IMG/VR virus record: IMGVR_UViG_3300025387_000004
Span: 1 to 56,088 of that record
Length of the DNA: 56,088 bases
Source: a virus
Taxonomy: Duplodnaviria; Caudoviricetes
Strand: one strand, 5' to 3'
Part shown: piece after piece, positions 50,213-56,088 of the stretch
Numbering within the stretch: position 1 is the stretch's first letter
Layout of the letters: every line of letters starts with the position of its first letter
Translations under genes and position numbers: made by a program
Notes under the pieces: generated by a model
Seen by the model: the letters and a program-made list of their open reading frames with translations, nothing else
Database searches by the model: none
Told to the model about the DNA's origin: nothing

Positions 50213-50395
50213 ATGCACTTCCTTGCGCTCCTCTTTTTCCTCTCTGCCACGGTATCTTGGCTCCTCTTTTGGGGCCTCTTTTACTTCTTCTTCAACTTCT
50301 CCCTCATCCTCTCCTACACATGTTTTTGGAGCCCCGACGAACGCAAACGCTACTGCCCTAACGGGCTCCTTTCTGCCATACTCCACAACAAATAG
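50213..50395 (+). CDS. Small membrane protein
   Basis: RBS GGAGG; long hydrophobic N-terminus. Confidence 0.6.
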   Translation: MHFLALLFFLSATVSWLLFWGLFYFFFNFSLILSYTCFWSPDERKRYCPNGLLSAILHNK

Positions 50396-50421
50396 GCCGC
50401 ATCCAGCGCACAACTTTGTGA

Positions 50422-50450
50422 TTGACTTAGACCCACCGATATGCTATTAT
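50422..50450 (+). promoter_or_regulatory. Sigma70 promoter overlapped by TTAGACCCA
   Basis: TTGACT-N17-TATTAT upstream of RBS AGGAG. Confidence 0.7.
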
Positions 50451-50475
50451 ACCTTATTAATCAGGAGCTTAACCA

Positions 50476-50835
50476 ATGCCACGTATTCCAGCACATTCCG
50501 CCACAGTCTACACCTCCGGCGACAAAATCCATCTCCACCTTCCAGCCCCCAAAGGCTACACTTCCGAGCTAACCTTCCCCGCTACCACCGAAGGCGCTGA
50601 GTCCCTCTTGCGTGTCCTGCGCCAGCGCGAGGTCTACTCCTACACCCACCCAGTCGCTATCGCGCAGCCGTCCATGCCAATTCAATACGTCGTGGACGCT
50701 TGGCAGCGCTCAACCCCCGACGCCGCCACCAAACTCGAGCGCGCAAAGCAACGCGCCGATGCCGAACGCTTCAAACATAAAAGCAAACAGGAGCAACTCG
50801 ATGAACTAGACGCGCTTCTCGATCTAACATTCTGA
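50476..50835 (+). CDS. Hypothetical protein
   Basis: RBS AGGAG; own promoter. Confidence 0.8.
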   Translation: MPRIPAHSATVYTSGDKIHLHLPAPKGYTSELTFPATTEGAESLLRVLRQREVYSYTHPVAIAQPSMPIQYVVDAWQRSTPDAATKLERAKQRADAERFKHKSKQEQLDELDALLDLTF

Positions 50836-50869
50836 CCCATCACCTACTCAGTATCTAATGTGTCTAACC
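50833..50869 (-). promoter_or_regulatory. Dyad element copy D
   Basis: Minus strand reads GGTTAGACACA-TTAG-ATACTGAGT-AGGTGA-TGGGT. Confidence 0.6.
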
Positions 50870-50903
50870 TGCGCACAGCGCACCTTACAAAACGGAGCCT
50901 ATC

Positions 50904-51203
50904 ATGTCATTTGCCCAGATCATCGCACGTCTCGAGTCCATGAACGCAGAGATCTCTCTGTTCCGCACGAACTACCAATACGCTGATGACGACCGATGGA
51001 CAGCCTCCATCGAGATCAAACACGAAGCCAAAGACCTCCAGCTCAAAGCGCGTGGAACAGGCGGGGACGTTGAGGACGCCCTCCAAGCCGCTTGGGGCAA
51101 GGTCGAGGCCATCGTCAACACCCTCACCTTCTCCAAAGGTTTCGAGATCCCTCTCCTGTCAATCGAGGCCACCGCCACCCCAGAACGCGAGATCACGTTT
51201 TGA
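50904..51203 (+). CDS. Hypothetical protein
   Basis: RBS GGAG. Confidence 0.75.
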   Translation: MSFAQIIARLESMNAEISLFRTNYQYADDDRWTASIEIKHEAKDLQLKARGTGGDVEDALQAAWGKVEAIVNTLTFSKGFEIPLLSIEATATPEREITF

Positions 51204-51448
51204 TGTCCCCTATCGTCTCCCAATACCTTGCAGCCGTGGACGCTCTATGCGTCCACCCCACCAACTCCAGCCCTGACGCAAAGCTCGCACTCTACCGCCG
51301 CCTCATCGCACAGTGGACTCGTTCTCTCAACGACGTTGAAAAACGTGGGAAAGCTGGGCGCTTTTCTAAACTCGAAATCGCCGAAATCATCGACGAGATG
51401 ATGGAGCGCATCCGTGAACTCAAAGGTTACAACCATGTCAACTCCTGA
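51203..51448 (+). CDS. Hypothetical protein
   Basis: TGATG overlap. Confidence 0.65.
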   Translation: MSPIVSQYLAAVDALCVHPTNSSPDAKLALYRRLIAQWTRSLNDVEKRGKAGRFSKLEIAEIIDEMMERIRELKGYNHVNS

Positions 51449-51743
51449 CCACATCCTCAAAGACGTTGGAGTCTTTGCCTACCAAAAAACAGAGTCGTTT
51501 TTGAGAGATCAATTTGATCTCCACGACTACAATCCCGACGTTCTTGCGGTCGCGTCCATCAACACGATCCAAGCTGGCTTTTTAATGCTTTGCATCGCGT
51601 CTTATGCTGCGACAAAGCACAAACACCCCGTGGACATCACGCTCGCCATGGCCACGGAGGTTCTCAAGAAAGGAGGCCCCAACATCGAAAAGGCCCTTGA
51701 AGCCGCCGAGATCTTCAACAACACCTACCCAACCCCCCAATAG
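51435..51743 (+). CDS. Hypothetical protein
   Basis: AAAGGT upstream of ATG 51435. Confidence 0.7.
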   Translation: MSTPDHILKDVGVFAYQKTESFLRDQFDLHDYNPDVLAVASINTIQAGFLMLCIASYAATKHKHPVDITLAMATEVLKKGGPNIEKALEAAEIFNNTYPTPQ

Positions 51744-51779
51744 GCGCAACACGCCCACAACCTCACAGGAGCCACCAAC

Positions 51780-52202
51780 ATGCCATTACATCATGCACCT
51801 TTAGTTGGGGCATTTTTCCGCCCACCAGCCAAGGCCTTGCTCGCATCCTTACCCGCCGGACATCCTCTTGAACTCCGTCCCGAGCCTGAGAACCCATACG
51901 ATCCCAACGCCGTCGCGGTCTGGCTCGACACCAAGACCTTACCATCCGAGGCCCGTGAGGAACTAGTCGAAACCCTCGAAGGCACCGGCTTTGACCTTGA
52001 AAGCATGGACGAGCAACGTGACTTCCACGTTGGCTATATGGCAAAGGAACAAGCGGCCCTACATATCGAGGCCCTTGGCCTTCTGCTCGAGTCCCTCAAA
52101 GTTGACTCCATGATCTCCGGCAACGGCCCCTTCATCGACGGGCTTGAGGCCAAGCTATCCTTCACCCACTCCGGCACCTACCAAGTCACCTTCTTCCTGT
52201 AA
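51780..52202 (+). CDS. HIRAN domain protein
   Basis: LVG..FR...L.L.PEPENPYDPNAV.V...HVGY. Confidence 0.8.
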   Translation: MPLHHAPLVGAFFRPPAKALLASLPAGHPLELRPEPENPYDPNAVAVWLDTKTLPSEAREELVETLEGTGFDLESMDEQRDFHVGYMAKEQAALHIEALGLLLESLKVDSMISGNGPFIDGLEAKLSFTHSGTYQVTFFL

Positions 52203-52229
52203 CCAGTTATGTATTCGAAAGGTATTCCC

Positions 52230-53720
52230 ATGTTATCTCCAACCCCAGAACAGCAATACATCATCGCAGCGGCCAAAAGCCCTTCGTCCATTATGATTAA
52301 TGCCCTCGCGGGCACCGGCAAGACCACAACGCTCCAGATGCTCGCATCCGTCCTGCCGTCCGAGCCCATCCTCGCGCTCGCGTTCAACAAGAAAATCAAA
52401 GAGGAACTCGAAAAGCGGTTCCCTTCCAACTTCACAGTCATGACCATGAACGGCCTCGGCCATCGCGCTTGGGGCAAAACCATCAACAAGCCGCGAATGC
52501 TCATCGACGACAAGAAACTGGGACGCCTCACGACCGAGGCACTCAAAGCCTTTCCATCCAGCAAAGGTTCATGGAACGAGATCAGACAACTTGTCATCTA
52601 TGCAATGCAGAGAGGCGTAGTTCCCACCCAATTCCAAAACGCAAAAGGGCTCTTGCCGGATACCCCCGATACGTGGCAGGAGATCGCATCTGACTACGAC
52701 CTTTTGCTCACCGCAGACGAGTGCAAATTGTCCCGTCGCATCTTATGCGAGTCGATAGAAGAAGGCCTAAAAGGAGTCATAACCTATGATGACCAGATCT
52801 ACCTCCCCGTGGTTTTCACAGGCGACTTTCCTCGCTTCAACACAGTCCTTGTCGATGAAGCCCAAGACCTTTCCCCACTCAACCACCAGATGCTACGTAA
52901 ATGCGCCGCCGGACGCCTCATTGTGGTTGGCGACCCTCGACAAGCCATCTACGCTTTCCGAGGAGCAGACAGTTCGAGCATGGACACCATCAAAGCCCTG
53001 CGATCCGAGTGGATTGAACTCCCTCTCAACACCACATTCAGGTGCCCGCTCTCTGTAGTCGAACGCCAGCACAATCACGCCCCGCAATACCGCGCCGCCG
53101 AAAGCAATCCTCGCGGCGAGATCTACGACCTGACAAATGAAAAATGGACATGGGAAGCCATACCCGCAGGCGACACCGCAGTGCTTTGCCGCAACAACGC
53201 CCCGCTCATTTCTATGGCCTTCAAGCTGATCCGTCAGGGTATTGGCGTGAACATGTTAGGACGCGAGATCGGACGTGGCCTTTCAACAATCGTCAAAAAG
53301 CTCTGCCCTGACTTAACAACCAAGGTCGATCAGTTCCTACCACTTCTCACAAACTGGCACGAAACCGAAAAGTCCAAGGCCGAGGCAAACGGCGATAGCA
53401 CCAAAGCTGCCAATACGACTGACAAATATGAAAGCATCATCGCAGTCATCTCCGCAAAAAAGCCCCGCACTGTCGCAGAGCTTATTGAGGAGCTTAACTC
53501 GTTATTTGCGAAAAACAATGGGCAGGTCATTTTGGCAACTGGGCACAAAGCGAAGGGGCTCGAATGGGACAACGTAGTTCACCTCGACCCTTGGCGCATT
53601 CCATCCAAATACGCCAAATCTCCTTCGGAGATGAAACAGGAAAACAATCTCCGTTACGTCCTTGAGACTCGCACAAAACACACCCTCATCCTCGCCAACC
53701 TGTCAGACTTTGAGGCCTAA
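52230..53720 (+). CDS. UvrD/Rep-like SF1 helicase
   Basis: ALAGTGKTT, LAFN, VDEAQD, VGDPRQAIYAFRGA, FRCP, LCRNNAPL, T.HKAKGLEW, YV..TR. Confidence 0.92.
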   Translation: MLSPTPEQQYIIAAAKSPSSIMINALAGTGKTTTLQMLASVLPSEPILALAFNKKIKEELEKRFPSNFTVMTMNGLGHRAWGKTINKPRMLIDDKKLGRLTTEALKAFPSSKGSWNEIRQLVIYAMQRGVVPTQFQNAKGLLPDTPDTWQEIASDYDLLLTADECKLSRRILCESIEEGLKGVITYDDQIYLPVVFTGDFPRFNTVLVDEAQDLSPLNHQMLRKCAAGRLIVVGDPRQAIYAFRGADSSSMDTIKALRSEWIELPLNTTFRCPLSVVERQHNHAPQYRAAESNPRGEIYDLTNEKWTWEAIPAGDTAVLCRNNAPLISMAFKLIRQGIGVNMLGREIGRGLSTIVKKLCPDLTTKVDQFLPLLTNWHETEKSKAEANGDSTKAANTTDKYESIIAVISAKKPRTVAELIEELNSLFAKNNGQVILATGHKAKGLEWDNVVHLDPWRIPSKYAKSPSEMKQENNLRYVLETRTKHTLILANLSDFEA

Positions 53721-53721
53721 A

Positions 53722-54390
53722 ATGCGCTACACAATCGGAACACTTGTCACCAACTGGGACCAATACGACGAGATGCAGAAATCTTTCATTCGTGCAGGAT
53801 TTTCTCAACGCGACTGCCAATACCTCCCCCTCAACAACGTGGGGAAGAACAACTTTGACCTTTATTCTGGAGGCAACACAATCCTGTCCCAAGCCTTGGG
53901 CGACTACGTGATCCTTGTCCATCAAGACGTTCGCTGCGCACCGGACGGCATCGACAAACTAAATACATGTATTGATGGGCTTGAAGCTGTGGACCGTTGC
54001 TGGGCTGTGGCCGGAAATGCAGGAGAGTGGGACAGGCAATGGTTTGTGCGCATCACCGATCCTTACGGGCCGAATCAAAACTCAGCGCCTTACTATCCAC
54101 ACGAAGTCAACATGCTCGACGGAAACTTTCTTGTAGTAAAGCGCAGCACAAACGTCGCATTTTCCCACGACCTGACAGGTTTCCACTACTACGGCTGGGA
54201 TCTATGCCTCAACGCCGACATCCGAGGCTACAACTCCTACATCATCGACTTTCACATCACGCACAACTGCAAAGGAACATACGATCCGAACTTCGAAGTC
54301 TGCAAGGCAGCATTCATTTCCAAATGGAAAGAGGCCCTTCGATCACGAACAATCGGAGCCTTTCCAAACGATATAGTCACAATCCCATAA
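53722..54390 (+). CDS. GT-A fold (GT2-like) glycosyltransferase-like protein
   Basis: GN.IL.QA.GDYVILVHQDV; AG.AG; LDG; GFHYYG.DLC; H. Confidence 0.7.
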   Translation: MRYTIGTLVTNWDQYDEMQKSFIRAGFSQRDCQYLPLNNVGKNNFDLYSGGNTILSQALGDYVILVHQDVRCAPDGIDKLNTCIDGLEAVDRCWAVAGNAGEWDRQWFVRITDPYGPNQNSAPYYPHEVNMLDGNFLVVKRSTNVAFSHDLTGFHYYGWDLCLNADIRGYNSYIIDFHITHNCKGTYDPNFEVCKAAFISKWKEALRSRTIGAFPNDIVTIP

Positions 54391-54409
54391 CAACAAGGAG
54401 CCTTTCGCC

Positions 54410-54781
54410 GTGGATTTCTTCGACCCTTCACGCCCGCGCATATCGGGCCTACCAGCATTCGCACCCGGACAGGGTGTAGGACTTTCAGTCATCCCTGCGC
54501 TTTACTTCGCCCCTCGTTCTGGGGGCGATACCATCGAGATCTCAGGGTTCTTCTCGGTCGGCGCAAATCGTTCATCACGTTTTGTGACCGAGATCCCCGC
54601 AAGCGACTTCCCAGAATTCTGGCAACATTGGCTTTCTGATCCAGAGGATTGCGCCCGCAAAGCCTTTCAATGGAAACCCGCAGACGCAGCACAACCAAGC
54701 GCCCCTGTGCGCACCCTTGCGCCACCACCTACACCGCTCAGCCCGTTAGACTTCGACGAACTTTTGGAGGGACTAGAATGA
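54410..54781 (+). CDS. Hypothetical protein
   Basis: GTG start with RBS AAGGAG; ends LDFDELLEGLE. Confidence 0.75.
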   Translation: MDFFDPSRPRISGLPAFAPGQGVGLSVIPALYFAPRSGGDTIEISGFFSVGANRSSRFVTEIPASDFPEFWQHWLSDPEDCARKAFQWKPADAAQPSAPVRTLAPPPTPLSPLDFDELLEGLE

Positions 54782-55032
54782 AAACGCTTTACACCATTGC
54801 AGCACTTTTGCTATCCAACTCAGCAATCGCACAGGAAACAAACTTTTACGGGCCGTCTGGCGCATACGAAGGCAGTGCTTACAGCAACAGCGGATCGACA
54901 AATTACTACGGCCCGTCAGGTGCATACCTTGGGAACTCCTATTCCGCAAATGGTGCCACGAACTATTACGGCTCGACAGGAGAATATCAAGGTTCTTCAT
55001 ACGGACCAGCGGTAGGAGGGTATTATGAATGA
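54778..55032 (+). CDS. Small exported protein with three TN(F/Y)YG-x-x-G-x-Y-x-G repeats
   Basis: Signal peptide MKTLYTIAALLLSNSAIA|Q; ATGA overlap; RBS GGAGG. Confidence 0.75.
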   Translation: MKTLYTIAALLLSNSAIAQETNFYGPSGAYEGSAYSNSGSTNYYGPSGAYLGNSYSANGATNYYGSTGEYQGSSYGPAVGGYYE

Positions 55033-55129
55033 TGAACTCTTAAACGAAATTGCGATTTACGCTGCGATTGTGTTCTTTGCTGGGGGTGTGTCTTACATTG
55101 TTCACCTGCTTTTGAGCGGAGATTATTGA
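55025..55129 (+). CDS. 34-aa single-TM peptide
   Basis: RBS AGGAGG; MNDELLNEIAIYAAIVFFAGGVSYIVHLLLSGDY. Confidence 0.6.
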   Translation: MNDELLNEIAIYAAIVFFAGGVSYIVHLLLSGDY

Positions 55130-55320
55130 TGTCAAACTCCGCAACATCCAAGGGCACACTTCTCAAAATCTTTTACGAGGCGGGTTACAACGATGCCCTT
55201 CATGCTGTGGCGAAGATCATCGCAGATTTTGATCCGTATGACCCTTACATTGTGGGCAAGATGAAGATTGAGGAACGCAAAGCGGCGCTTATCGCCGCCA
55301 TCAAGGAGCTTCACAAATGA
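55129..55320 (+). CDS. Hypothetical protein
   Basis: TGATG overlap; YEAGYNDAL motif. Confidence 0.65.
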   Translation: MSNSATSKGTLLKIFYEAGYNDALHAVAKIIADFDPYDPYIVGKMKIEERKAALIAAIKELHK

Positions 55321-55532
55321 ACAACGTCCGAACCGACACACAATCTCGGCGCTACAAAGACCCCGCCGAACTTACCAAATACGAGCAAGCCCTTCTCGAC
55401 CTCAAACGCGACGGCTTAACGCACAAACAAATCGCTTCCCACTACAAGGCCAGCATCAACACGATCTCGAACAAATTCACCATCATAAACCACAAACTTA
55501 GACTTGCGGCATGGAGCAGGTGCAATGACTGA
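55317..55532 (+). CDS. LuxR/sigma-region-4-like HTH protein
   Basis: LT..E..LL.L...GLT.KQIA.....S..TI. Confidence 0.7.
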   Translation: MNNVRTDTQSRRYKDPAELTKYEQALLDLKRDGLTHKQIASHYKASINTISNKFTIINHKLRLAAWSRCND

Positions 55533-55980
55533 CTATTCAGACCTTGTTGAGAGATTGCGTCGTGACGGTATTGCTGCCCGAGACACATTGAAATGTGTGG
55601 AAATGGCGCCTACGGTTGACCCAGAAGATGCGCTTAAAGCCGCCGACGCTATTGAGCTTTTACAGCGCGAACTAAAGTGCGCGAATGAATTATGGGAGCA
55701 GCAAAAGGAACTGGCTTTGGAATATTTGGCTGACATAGAAAAGGCTCATGTGCGTATTGAGGAATTGAAAGAACTATTAAGGAAAGCGAATAATGATTTT
55801 TTCAATATTGAAGCGAACGCATTTGACATGAAAAATCGCATTGCTGAATTAGAGGCAGCATTAAAGCCGTTTGCTGACGCTAGCGATTTACACCTTGGCA
55901 GCGAGGATATGTCGATAGCGTTTGGCATAACTATTAAAGACCTACGCCAAGCCCGTAAGGCATTGGGAGAGAAGGAATGA
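55525..55980 (+). CDS. Modular coiled-coil phage protein
   Basis: DLVERLR...AADAIE.L...RIAELEAALKPFAD; paralogous C-terminus to 98-442. Confidence 0.8.
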   Translation: MTDYSDLVERLRRDGIAARDTLKCVEMAPTVDPEDALKAADAIELLQRELKCANELWEQQKELALEYLADIEKAHVRIEELKELLRKANNDFFNIEANAFDMKNRIAELEAALKPFADASDLHLGSEDMSIAFGITIKDLRQARKALGEKE

Positions 55981-55995
55981 GTGACCGCCGCCCAA

Positions 55996-56088
55996 CGGAT
56001 AACCATCGATGTATTTGTTGTCGATGCAGATACACATCTGGGTTTGTGGTCACAATTCGCAATAGGTGCGCAAATTCCGTTAGGAGAG
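55996..56088. repeat. Terminal direct repeat, copy 2
   Basis: Identical to 1-93. Confidence 0.95.

Overview
The window is an apparently complete, circular or circularly permuted tailed-phage genome of about 55,995 bp; bases 1-93 are repeated exactly at 55996-56088. It has two arms. The + strand arm (46057 to the end, continuing 1-12187) holds early and replication genes: many small ORFs, a denV-like glycosylase, HIRAN, UvrD helicase, GcrA-like regulator, Cas4-like exonuclease, Sak4-like ATPase, SSB-like protein, a ParB-DNA methyltransferase fusion, a DUF1599-like protein, a family A polymerase split into two genes, an AAA+ helicase and two HNH endonucleases. The - strand arm (about 45600 down to 12231) is a P22-like podovirus morphogenesis set (TerL, portal, scaffold, coat, gp4, gp10, ejection proteins), a lysis cassette and an accessory fibre module. 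The GcrA-like gene suggests an alphaproteobacterial host (inference). I recognised no integrase, repressor, primase, tRNA or CRISPR. The main candidates for novelty are: (1) a Thr-rich collagen-like fibre next to a methyltransferase-GT2-GT2-TPR fusion, a possible virion glycosylation system; (2) a four-copy oriented intergenic dyad whose half-site also recurs in promoters; (3) PolA split inside its proofreading domain, UDG-fused and with His at position 762; (4) Sec-type signal peptides on late or virion proteins; (5) a shared acidic C-terminal motif on many early proteins; (6) two highly structured intergenic RNAs. All functional calls come from recognising motifs by eye, not from database searches.
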